64,000 nt of DNA, from assembly GCA_033344915.1 (NCBI GenBank), contig JAWPML010000001.1, positions 408,369 to 472,368 on the forward strand. Reading direction: 5' to 3'. Source of the stretch: Acidimicrobiales bacterium. GTDB lineage: Bacteria > Actinomycetota > Acidimicrobiia > Acidimicrobiales > Aldehydirespiratoraceae. Of the stretch, positions 32,285 through 41,863 are shown piece after piece (the stretch's first letter is position 1; each line of letters starts with the position of its first letter). Under the pieces are notes generated by a model. That model searched no databases, was not told where the DNA came from, and worked only from the letters and a program-made list of their open reading frames with translations. A program made the translations under genes and the position numbers.

Positions 32285-34359
32285 CGGCACCCGAGCGGCC
32301 CCGCTTCCGCTACATCCCAACCTTCGACGGGATGCGGGGCTTCTGGGTGATCATGGGGCCGCTGCTGTACCACGCCCGTCCGTCGTCGATCCAGGGCGGC
32401 CCCGACATCGTGCCGGGTGGCATCCTCAGCCTCGACCTCTTCTTCGTGCTGTCGAGCTACCTCATCGTGAGCATCGCGCTGAGGGAGTGGGACGGCACCG
32501 GCGGCATCGATCTGGGGGCCTACGCCGGCCGCCGGGTGCGACGACTGTTCCCCGCACTGTTCCTCGTGCTGGGGTTCCTCAGCATCTATCTCGCGATCGT
32601 GAGCGATCCCGAGATCGTGGATCGCTGGACGGGGGCGATCGTGTCGGCGCTGACCTACAGCGCGAACTGGCACGAGATCGCCGCCGATGTCTCGTACTTC
32701 GAGCAGTTCGGCGCGCCGTCGCCGTTGAAGCACGTCTGGTCGTTCGCGATCGAGGAGCAGTTCTACCTGTTCGCGCCCCTGTTCATCATCGCCGGACTGC
32801 GGTGGGGCGGCCGTCGCGGCCGGGAGATCCTGCTGGCGTTGTCGGTCGCCGGCGCGCTCGCGTCCGCCTGGTGGATGACCCGCGTCCATGTCGAGGGAGA
32901 GGACCCGAGCCGCGCCTACTACGGCACCGACACCCGGGCCCAGGCGCTGTTCGTCGGCATCGCGATGGCGCTGGCGATCAATCTGTACGGGTCGCCCCGC
33001 ACCCGACTCGGCACGCGGCTCGCCGCGCTGCTGGCGTATCCCGCCACCGCGCTGCACCTCTGGGCCGTGCTCACCGTGAGCGAGCGCGACGCGTGGCTCT
33101 TCGAGAACGGCGGGTTCCTGCTGATCGCGGTGGCCGCCGGTGTGGCGATGTTCGGCATGGCCCAGGACGCACCGTGGAGCCCGCTACACCGACTGTTCGC
33201 GTCGCTGCCGTTCCGCTACGCCGGGCGGATCAGCTACGGCCTGTACCTCTATCACTGGCCGATCTACCTGTTGGTGACGCCGGGGCGGGCCGGCGCCCTG
33301 TTCGGCGTGGACAATGTCACCGGCTACCCGCTCCTCGCCTTCCACCTCACGCTCACCGTGCTGGTGTCGGTGGCGTCCTTCCACCTGATCGAGCAGCCCT
33401 TCGTCAAGCGCACGTGGCCGTTCTCGTTCCGGCCGCTCGTGCCGTCGACCGCCTGGTTCGCCGGGGCCGGCGCCGTGGTGGTGATCCTCGGTGGGCTCCT
33501 CCTCGCCTACACGCGGGTGCCGCCGGAGATCGTCGAACGCATCGTGATCGTCGACGAGGCCGCCGCGGAGCCCGTGGACGGGCTGGGCGCGTCGCCCGCC
33601 GAATCCGACATCGGTGCCGAGGTCGACGGCGTGCCCGACGAGGGTGACGGCACGGTGCGCATCCTGACGGTCGGCGACTCGGTCGTCGACCAGATCGGGG
33701 TCGCCCTCGTCGACTGGACGCTCGAGAACCCGGACGCCGGCATCGTGGCGTTCAACGAAGCCCACATCGGTTGCGGAACCATCCGGGAGGGCCTGAAGCG
33801 GGTGCCCGAAGGGCTCGAGGGGCCGGTGGGGGACATCTGCTCGGACTGGGCCGACCCGGTCGATCCCGCTGTGGTGACCGAGTACAACGTCGTCTCGTGG
33901 CCGACGATCCTCGAGGAGTTCCGACCTCACATCGTGATCACCCACGTGTCGCCGTGGGACGTGACGGATCGGCTCGTGCCCGGACTCAACGACGACCAGT
34001 GGACCCACGTCGGCGAGCCGGTCTTCGACGACTACGCGCGATCGGAGTTCACCGAGGCGATCGATCTGCTCACCAGCACCGGTGCGTCGCTCTACATCCT
34101 CGAAGGGGCAGCGCTGAACCGCGAGGTCACGCCGCAGAACGACCCCGCCCGCATCGAGTCGCTCAACGCGCTGGTGGGGGACGTGGCCGATGCCGCCGGA
34201 GATGACGTCCTCATGCTGGACTATCCGTCCTTCATCGGGCCGGTCGGGAGCGATCAGGAACTCTCCCGCCGCGACGACGGGGTGCACCTGAGCGACCGGG
34301 GCATCGACGAGGTCCTGCCGTGGCTCTTCGAGCAGATCGGTGTGGACGCGTCGGGCTGA
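32281..34359 (+). CDS. acyltransferase family 3 with C-terminal SGNH-like domain (tandem paralogue)
   Basis: GTGA overlap with the previous gene. The AT3 half is collinear and highly similar to 30173..32284. C-terminal ILTVGDSVV...DDGVHLS. Confidence 0.85.
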   Translation: MTAPERPRFRYIPTFDGMRGFWVIMGPLLYHARPSSIQGGPDIVPGGILSLDLFFVLSSYLIVSIALREWDGTGGIDLGAYAGRRVRRLFPALFLVLGFLSIYLAIVSDPEIVDRWTGAIVSALTYSANWHEIAADVSYFEQFGAPSPLKHVWSFAIEEQFYLFAPLFIIAGLRWGGRRGREILLALSVAGALASAWWMTRVHVEGEDPSRAYYGTDTRAQALFVGIAMALAINLYGSPRTRLGTRLAALLAYPATALHLWAVLTVSERDAWLFENGGFLLIAVAAGVAMFGMAQDAPWSPLHRLFASLPFRYAGRISYGLYLYHWPIYLLVTPGRAGALFGVDNVTGYPLLAFHLTLTVLVSVASFHLIEQPFVKRTWPFSFRPLVPSTAWFAGAGAVVVILGGLLLAYTRVPPEIVERIVIVDEAAAEPVDGLGASPAESDIGAEVDGVPDEGDGTVRILTVGDSVVDQIGVALVDWTLENPDAGIVAFNEAHIGCGTIREGLKRVPEGLEGPVGDICSDWADPVDPAVVTEYNVVSWPTILEEFRPHIVITHVSPWDVTDRLVPGLNDDQWTHVGEPVFDDYARSEFTEAIDLLTSTGASLYILEGAALNREVTPQNDPARIESLNALVGDVADAAGDDVLMLDYPSFIGPVGSDQELSRRDDGVHLSDRGIDEVLPWLFEQIGVDASG

Positions 34360-34375
34360 CCTACGCTCGACGGCC

Positions 34376-35335
34376 ATGGACGTCGCCGCGGCAGCCCGCT
34401 CGCTGAACGAAGTCGCCTACGGCTACATCGGCTCGTGGTCGTTGCTCACCGCGAGCAACCTCGGACTGTTCGACCGGTTGCCGGCCCGCGTCGACGATCT
34501 GGTCGACGAGTATCCCGATCGCGGGCTCACCGCGACCTGGCTGACCGTGCTCGCGGACAACGACGTCGTGGTCGAGGACGACGGTGTGTGGTCGCTGGCC
34601 CCGGGAATGGACGTCCTGCTCACGGGCGAGGGCTCCTACGCGGAATACCTCGGCGGACAGATCATCGATCAGGTGGCGCCTCGTCTTCTGCTCGGCCGCC
34701 CGGGGATCAACGAACTCGCCACCGTGCTGCGGGACCCGACCGGCCGCGGGGGCTACGAGGCGTGGTTCGCGGACGATGCGGAGGCTCGTGCCTATCAGGC
34801 GTCGCAGTTCGCCGGGTCGGTGCTGCCCGGGCGGGGGATCGCCCGAGCGATTGAACCGACGGGCCCGGTGCTCGACCTGGGTGGCGGCTGGGGCGCGGTG
34901 GCGGCCGCCATCGCGGCGCGTCACGACGTGGCGGTCGACGTCGTCGATCTCGAACCCGTGGTCGCGTCGGCTCCGCCGCAGGACGGTGTGCGGTACCTGC
35001 CCGGCAGCGCCCTCGACGCGTCGACCTGGCCGGACGGCGACTACGACGGCGTCGTGCTCAGCTACCTGCTGTCCTCGGTGCCCGGCGAGTTCCACCAGCC
35101 GCTCTTCGACCAGCTCGCCGCGCGCGGCGTCCGTTGGGTCGCCGTCCACGACTTCCTGCTCGGCGGGGGCGCACTCGCCGCCGCCTGGTCACTGCAGCAT
35201 GCGGTCTTCGTCCCCGACCATGTCAGCCGCACCATCGACGAGGTCGGCGCCATGCTCACGTCCTGCGGCTTCACCGTCGCCGACCGCCGGCCGCTCGTCG
35301 ACGACATGACGACCCTCGTCCTCGCCTCCACCTGA
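34376..35335 (+). CDS. SAM-dependent O-methyltransferase (COMT/methyltransf_2-like)
   Basis: N-terminal winged-helix/dimerisation-like region, then SAM motif VLDLGGGWGAVAAAIAARH. Confidence 0.7.
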   Translation: MDVAAAARSLNEVAYGYIGSWSLLTASNLGLFDRLPARVDDLVDEYPDRGLTATWLTVLADNDVVVEDDGVWSLAPGMDVLLTGEGSYAEYLGGQIIDQVAPRLLLGRPGINELATVLRDPTGRGGYEAWFADDAEARAYQASQFAGSVLPGRGIARAIEPTGPVLDLGGGWGAVAAAIAARHDVAVDVVDLEPVVASAPPQDGVRYLPGSALDASTWPDGDYDGVVLSYLLSSVPGEFHQPLFDQLAARGVRWVAVHDFLLGGGALAAAWSLQHAVFVPDHVSRTIDEVGAMLTSCGFTVADRRPLVDDMTTLVLAST

Positions 35336-35346
35336 CCGGCTCCAGG

Positions 35347-35510
35347 GGAATCTCTGGTCACCAAAGGGTCGAGTTCCGGGCCGAAACCCTGGAATCTCTG
35401 GTCACGAAAGGGTCGTACCTGGCGCCCGTGGTCGCGCCTTTCGTGCACAGAGATTGCTCGTGGGGCCCGATGTCGGGCTGATCGCCGCGCCTTTGGTGCC
35501 CAGAGATTGC
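35347..35510. repeat. two nested copies of the same palindromic element as at 28643 (arms 35347-35371/35487-35510 and 35391-35415/35434-35457)
   Basis: Outer arms carry caccAaagg/cctttGgtg and inner arms carry cacGaaagg/cctttCgtg. Each right arm ends in AGAGATTGCTCG. Confidence 0.9.
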
Positions 35511-35521
35511 TCGGAGGTGGG

Positions 35522-36040
35522 TCACCAGTGGCCGGAGGCGCGGGCGGCGTCGGTCATCCACTCGGTGCGGCCCGCCCGGGCTGCGGACGAGCTGATCGCG
35601 AGGAGGTCGTCGGCCACGGGCAGTCGATGTTCGTCGGGGATCTCGTGGGGCGGACGGGGCGCCAGTGCGAGACGGGGAAGGCGGGCGAGTGCGGCGTCGC
35701 GAGCTGTGTCGTCGTCGCCGTACCACGCGGGGTCGTTGACCTGGGCCCACTTGTCGGCCCCCATCACCACGACGTCGTAGCCGCGGGAGATGTCGGCGAT
35801 CAGTTGCGCCTCGGTGACGACGACGCCGAGTCCGTCGATCTCCTCGATCGACGCCCGAATCACATGGATGCGCTGAGCCAGCGTGGGACGGGCGACATCA
35901 TCCTTGCCGAGGGCGACCGCGCTGATCGCGAGATCGACGCGGCTCAGCCCGTGGGTGTCGCGCGCCGCGAGGGCGATCTCGACGTGGGCCCGGGTCGGCG
36001 GGTTGAACGAGCCGGGATAGACGCCGATCCGGGAGGACAT
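35522..36040 (-). CDS. cytidylyltransferase-like nucleotidyltransferase (NadD/NMNAT-like)
   Basis: GVYPGSFNPPTRAHVEIA (the (H/T)xxH nucleotidyltransferase motif). 172 aa. Confidence 0.65.
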   Translation of the reverse strand: MSSRIGVYPGSFNPPTRAHVEIALAARDTHGLSRVDLAISAVALGKDDVARPTLAQRIHVIRASIEEIDGLGVVVTEAQLIADISRGYDVVVMGADKWAQVNDPAWYGDDDTARDAALARLPRLALAPRPPHEIPDEHRLPVADDLLAISSSAARAGRTEWMTDAARASGHW

Positions 36041-36082
36041 CGAACCACCCTATTTCCAACCGCGTTGCCATTCGCCCGCCCA

Positions 36083-36145
36083 GTGGTCATACTCGTGCCC
36101 GTGAACACGTCGCTCGCCCCCGTCCTCGTAGTAGGCCTCGGCTAG
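36083..36145 (+). promoter_or_regulatory. putative ilvB leader peptide MVILVPVNTSLAPVLVVGLG (GTG start)
   Basis: Own translation: 11 of 20 residues are Val/Leu/Ile. It lies upstream of a terminator hairpin and ilvB. No clear SD sequence is seen. Confidence 0.5.
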
Positions 36146-36185
36146 CGCACGTTCGCGACCAGAATTTCTCCGGAATCGTGCGCCT

Positions 36186-36217
36186 CGACCTCCCCAAGGG
36201 AGGTCGTTTCGTTTTTT
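36186..36217 (+). terminator. intrinsic terminator (attenuator) upstream of ilvB
   Basis: cgacctccc-caa-gggaggtcg (9-bp GC-rich stem) followed by tttcgtttttt. It lies 30 nt before the ilvB ATG. Confidence 0.75.
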
Positions 36218-36246
36218 CCGACCATACTTCCGTGTCCAAGCAAGCA

Positions 36247-38025
36247 ATGAGCACAGCCATGAGCGACAACCAGCAGATCTCGGGCGGCGAGGCCCTCGTC
36301 AAGAGCCTCGAGCACGAAGGCGTCTCCTCCATCTTCGGCTACCCGGGCGGCGCGATCCTTCCCGTCTACGACCCGATCATCGACAGCTCGATCCGTCACA
36401 TCCTCGTGCGCCACGAGCAGGGCGCCGGCCACATGGCCGAGGGCTACGCGCACGCCACCGGAGAGCCGGGCGTCGCCATGGTCACGTCCGGCCCGGGCGC
36501 GACGAACGTCGTCACGCCGCTGGCCGACGCGTTCCTCGACTCGGTCCCGATGGTCTGCATCACCGGCCAGGTGCCGTACGCGGCGATCGGCACCGACGCC
36601 TTCCAGGAGTGCGACACCACCGGCATCACGATGGCGGTCACGAAGCACAACTTCCTCGTGACCGAGGCGCAGGACATCCCTCGCATCATCCACGAGGCGT
36701 TCCACATCGCGACGACCGGGCGCCCGGGGCCCGTGCTCGTCGACATCCCGAAGGACATCGTCGACCCGACGAACCCCCGCTCGGCGATGAACTGGTACAC
36801 GGCCACCGATGCCGACATGGAACTGCCCGGCTACTCCCCCCAGATGGAGGGCGATCGGGAGCTGATCCGCCAGGCCGCCGAACTCATTCGCGATGCCGAG
36901 CGCCCGGTGCTCTATGTCGGTGGCGGCGTTCTCAAGGCCCGCGCCGCGGAAGCTCTCATGGAGCTGGCGGAGATGGTGCAGATCCCGGTCGTCACGACGT
37001 TGATGGCCCGCGGTGCCTTCCCCGACAGCCACGAACTCTGCCTGGGCATGCCCGGCATGCACGGCAACTACACCGCCGTCACCGCGATGCAGCAGAGCGA
37101 TCTGCTGATCTCGCTCGGCGCCCGCTTCGACGACCGCGTCACCGGCAAGCTGGACGGATTCGCGCCCGACGCCAAGATCATCCACGTCGACATCGACGCA
37201 GCCGAGCTCGGCAAGGTCCGTCAGTACAACGTCGGCATCCAGGGCGACTGCCGCGTCGTCATCGAGGGCATCAACCATGCCCTGCGCGATCTCGGCGGCA
37301 CCGAGGCGCAGGCCGACCGCAGCGCCTGGCGGTCGACGGTGTCGGGCTGGCAGGAGAAGTTCCCGCTCACCTACGAGCAGTCGGCCGCGGGCGACAAGCT
37401 CAAGCCCCAGTACGTCATCGAGGAGCTGCGCGACGGCAACCCGGCCGACACGATCGTTGCGTCAGGCGTCGGTCAGCACCAGATGTACGCCAGCCAGTGG
37501 TGGAAGTTCGATCACCCGTACACGTGGGTGAACTCCGGGGGCCTCGGCACCATGGGGTTCTCCATCCCCGCCGCCATCGGGGCCAAGGTCGGCAAGCCCG
37601 ACAGCCGGGTCTGGGCGGTCGATGGTGACGGGTGCTTCCAGATGACCGCGCAGGAGCTCGTCACCGCCTCGGTCGAGAACATCCCGATCAAGGTGGCCCT
37701 GCTCAACAACTCGTATCTCGGCATGGTCCGCCAGTGGCAGGAGATGTTCTACGAGGAGCGCTACAGCGAGGTCTACCTCCAGGAGCGGGTGCCGGACTAC
37801 GTGAAGTGGGCCGAAGCCATGGGCTGCGCCGCGATCCGCGTCGAGGCGCCCGAAGAGGTCGCTCCGGCGATCGCCAAGGCGAACGAGATCAATGACCGTC
37901 CGGTCGTCGTCGAGTTCGTCACCGATGCAGGGGAGAACGTGTTCCCGATGGTGCCGGCCGGCAAGTCGAACAGCGAGGTCGTCGTCGACCCGACCCAGCA
38001 GCACCTGCTCGGCGGGGAGGGCTGA
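36247..38025 (+). CDS. ilvB: acetolactate synthase large subunit
   Basis: ThDP enzyme motifs (GGEALVKSLEHEGV, GYPGGAILP, GLGTMGF..PAAIGAK, DGDGCFQM). Confidence 0.95.
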   Translation: MSTAMSDNQQISGGEALVKSLEHEGVSSIFGYPGGAILPVYDPIIDSSIRHILVRHEQGAGHMAEGYAHATGEPGVAMVTSGPGATNVVTPLADAFLDSVPMVCITGQVPYAAIGTDAFQECDTTGITMAVTKHNFLVTEAQDIPRIIHEAFHIATTGRPGPVLVDIPKDIVDPTNPRSAMNWYTATDADMELPGYSPQMEGDRELIRQAAELIRDAERPVLYVGGGVLKARAAEALMELAEMVQIPVVTTLMARGAFPDSHELCLGMPGMHGNYTAVTAMQQSDLLISLGARFDDRVTGKLDGFAPDAKIIHVDIDAAELGKVRQYNVGIQGDCRVVIEGINHALRDLGGTEAQADRSAWRSTVSGWQEKFPLTYEQSAAGDKLKPQYVIEELRDGNPADTIVASGVGQHQMYASQWWKFDHPYTWVNSGGLGTMGFSIPAAIGAKVGKPDSRVWAVDGDGCFQMTAQELVTASVENIPIKVALLNNSYLGMVRQWQEMFYEERYSEVYLQERVPDYVKWAEAMGCAAIRVEAPEEVAPAIAKANEINDRPVVVEFVTDAGENVFPMVPAGKSNSEVVVDPTQQHLLGGEG

Positions 38026-38028
38026 CCA

Positions 38029-38517
38029 ATGGCGGAGCGTTTCCACACCATCGTCACGACGGTCGAGAACAAGCCGGGCGTCCTCGCCCGCGTCGCCGGG
38101 CTCTTCAGCCGGCGCGGCTTCAACATCGAGTCACTCGCCGTCGCTCCCACCGACGACGACCGGTTCAGCCGCATCACCTTCACGGTCGACGTCGAATCGG
38201 CGCCGCTCGAACAGGTGGTGAAGCAGCTCAACAAGTTGATCAACGTCGTCGAGATCCGCGAGCTCGACCCGGAGAAGTCCGTGTCGCGCGAACTCATGCT
38301 GGTGACGGTCTCGGCCGACGCCACCCATCGCAAGGAGCTCATGGAGCTCATCGACGACTGGCGGGCCTACGTCCTCAACGAGAACACCGAGCAGATCATG
38401 CTGTCGTTCTCCGCTCGCCCGGCCCGCCTCGAAGAATTCGAAGAGAAGTTGCGCCCGTTCGGCATCGCCGAGATCCAGCGCACCGGCCGAGTGGCCCTCC
38501 AGTCCCTCGCCGACTAG
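38029..38517 (+). CDS. ilvN: acetolactate synthase small (regulatory) subunit
   Basis: ACT domain VENKPGVLARVAGLFSRRGFNIESLAV. Position is immediately after ilvB. Confidence 0.93.
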   Translation: MAERFHTIVTTVENKPGVLARVAGLFSRRGFNIESLAVAPTDDDRFSRITFTVDVESAPLEQVVKQLNKLINVVEIRELDPEKSVSRELMLVTVSADATHRKELMELIDDWRAYVLNENTEQIMLSFSARPARLEEFEEKLRPFGIAEIQRTGRVALQSLAD

Positions 38518-38530
38518 TCCCAGTCCATGC

Positions 38531-39643
<1,113 letters not shown>

Positions 39644-39650
39644 GTCGGGC

Positions 39651-40043
39651 CTACGGGAACAGCCCGCGGGTCAGCCAGAGCAGGTGGAGGAACGCGGCGA
39701 TCGCGATCGGACCGACGAAGGTGACGAGCAGCAGGATCGTGGTGCGCCGGATCCACAACGGCCGGTCGACGAATCGACGCTGGTGGAACGCGGCGTCGAG
39801 CGCCTCGGCCTCGTGATCCGGTGGCCGGTCGTCCGACAGCACGGCTCGGGCGTGGTCGACGATCTCGTCCATCACGACCAGCTGGAAGACCCGCTCGGTG
39901 ACGTGATGGGGGGCGACCGACGCCGCCGGGTCGCCCATCACGACCGACTCGAGACCGGCGTCCGCGAGCCGGGCCTTGGCCAGGTCCGCGTCGAACTGCG
40001 CACCGAATTCGGCGACGATCGACCTTCCCGGGAGTGGGCGCAT
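39651..40043 (-). CDS. DUF2007-like (putative signal-transducing) domain protein with C-terminal TM helix
   Basis: Start chosen at MRPLPGRS. Includes DADLAKARLADAGLESVVMGD and a C-terminal hydrophobic helix. Confidence 0.5.
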   Translation of the reverse strand: MRPLPGRSIVAEFGAQFDADLAKARLADAGLESVVMGDPAASVAPHHVTERVFQLVVMDEIVDHARAVLSDDRPPDHEAEALDAAFHQRRFVDRPLWIRRTTILLLVTFVGPIAIAAFLHLLWLTRGLFP

Positions 40044-40086
40044 GCCACAACAGTAGGGTGACCCGGATGCCAACGAGCGACGAGCC

Positions 40087-40998
40087 ATGAGCGCGGTGAT
40101 CGAGGTCCGTGACCTCGTGAAGACCTACGGCGACACGCGGGCGGTCGACGGGCTGTCGTTCTCGGTCGAGGAGGGTGAGGTCTTCGCCATCCTCGGGCCG
40201 AACGGGGCCGGAAAGTCCACGACGGTCGAGGTGCTCGAAGGGCATCGGACCCGCACGTCCGGAGAGGTCACCGTGCTCGGGGTGGACCCCGGCACCGCCG
40301 GATCGAGCTTCCGCGATCGGCTCGGCATCGTGCTCCAGTCCGCCGGTATCGACCGCGAACTCACGGTGCGGGAGGTGCTCGAGTACTACCGCACGGCCTA
40401 CAGCCGTCCCCGCGAGGTCGACGAGCTCATCGACCTCGTCGAGCTCGGCGAGAAGGCGGACGACCGGGTCGGCACCCTCTCGGGTGGACAGCAGCGCCGG
40501 GTCGATCTCGCGCTCGGCCTCATCGGCGACCCGGACCTGATCTTCCTCGACGAGCCGACGACGGGATTCGACCCGGCGGCCCGGCGTCGCAGCTGGGAGC
40601 TCATCCGCAACCTGACCTCGCTCGGCCGCACCGTCGTGCTCACCACGCACTATCTCGACGAGGCCGAGAACCTCGCCGATCGCGTCGCCGTGCTCGCCGG
40701 CGGTCGGATCGTCGCGGCGGGCACGCCGGCCGCGCTGCGTGATTCCCTCGGCGAGGGCACCCGCATCAGCTTCGAACTCCCCGCCGTTGACGGTTCGCTC
40801 AGCTCGTTGCTCGACCCGCTCCAGGGCACGAGTCGGGGACGGGACCGCCGCATCGAGATCACGACCAACGCGCCGACGGCCGACCTCGCCCACGTCACTG
40901 CCTGGGCCGTCTCGCGGGGGGTCGAGCTCGGCGGGCTGCAGGTCACGTCCACCGAGCTGGAGGACGTCTATCTCCAGCTGGTGGGGGAGGGCGCATGA
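40087..40998 (+). CDS. ABC transporter ATP-binding protein (DrrA/ABC-2 type)
   Basis: Walker A GPNGAGKST, signature LSGGQQRR, Walker B LIFLDEPT. Confidence 0.92.
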   Translation: MSAVIEVRDLVKTYGDTRAVDGLSFSVEEGEVFAILGPNGAGKSTTVEVLEGHRTRTSGEVTVLGVDPGTAGSSFRDRLGIVLQSAGIDRELTVREVLEYYRTAYSRPREVDELIDLVELGEKADDRVGTLSGGQQRRVDLALGLIGDPDLIFLDEPTTGFDPAARRRSWELIRNLTSLGRTVVLTTHYLDEAENLADRVAVLAGGRIVAAGTPAALRDSLGEGTRISFELPAVDGSLSSLLDPLQGTSRGRDRRIEITTNAPTADLAHVTAWAVSRGVELGGLQVTSTELEDVYLQLVGEGA

Positions 40999-41825
40999 GC
41001 CGGAACCTCCGACTGCTCGTCCAGCAGGTGCGCGCCCAGAACCGCTTCTTCTGGCGGGTGCCGGTGGGCGCGTTCTTCACCCTGATCCTGCCCATCATCA
41101 TGCTCGTCCTCTTCGTCGCCCTGTTCGGCAACGACATCGACTTCGACGGCCCCACCGGGGCGTCGGTGAGCGCCGCCCAGTTCTACACACCGGCCCTGGC
41201 CGTCTTCGCCGTCGGCTCCGCGACCTACACGAACATCGCGATCAACCTCTCCACCCGCCGCGAGGACGGCATCCTGCGGCGGGTGCGGGGCACGCCGCTG
41301 CCCCCGTGGGTCTACATGGCCGGCGCGATCCTCTCCGCGGTGTGGATAGCCCTGGTGTCGGCGACGATCATGGTCCTGCTCGGCGTCGTCGCCTACGACG
41401 TCAACATCGAGCTGGCGAAGGTGCCGGCGATGGTCGTCGCGTTCGCCGTCGGATCGGCCACGTTCGCCACTCTCGGCGTGGCACTCGCCGGCGTGGCCCG
41501 GTCGGCGTCGTCGGCATCCGCGCTCGCCAACGCGACGATCCTCCCGATGGCGTTCATCTCCAACATCTTCATCGACCTCGGTTCGGACCCGCCCCGCTGG
41601 CTGCGCATCGCGGCCGACCTGCTGCCGCTCAAGCACTTCGGGGTCGCCTTCTCCGAGGCGATGAACCCGTGGTCGGAGGCGCCCGCGTTCGTCTGGGACC
41701 GTCTCGGCGTCCTGGCGCTCTGGCTCGTCGTCGGTGCGCTGGTCGCCCGCCGGCGGTTCCGCTGGGACCCCCTTCCCGGATCCACCGGACGCTCGACCAG
41801 GCGCACGCGGCGCGTCGACGCCTGA
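40995..41825 (+). CDS. ABC-2 type transporter permease
   Basis: Six-TM protein with a 4-nt overlap with the ATPase gene. Confidence 0.85.
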   Translation: MSRNLRLLVQQVRAQNRFFWRVPVGAFFTLILPIIMLVLFVALFGNDIDFDGPTGASVSAAQFYTPALAVFAVGSATYTNIAINLSTRREDGILRRVRGTPLPPWVYMAGAILSAVWIALVSATIMVLLGVVAYDVNIELAKVPAMVVAFAVGSATFATLGVALAGVARSASSASALANATILPMAFISNIFIDLGSDPPRWLRIAADLLPLKHFGVAFSEAMNPWSEAPAFVWDRLGVLALWLVVGALVARRRFRWDPLPGSTGRSTRRTRRVDA

Positions 41826-41863
41826 GCTGGCGCCGCCCGGAACGAACTGCGAACCTGCCGGAC

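Noticed and set aside
36050-36332. Minus-strand ORFs 36050..36247 and 36087..36332 and plus ORF 35507..36145 in the ilvB leader region
   Set aside because: Their translations look non-protein-like (Arg/Trp/Gly-rich). The region is better explained by the leader peptide plus terminator.
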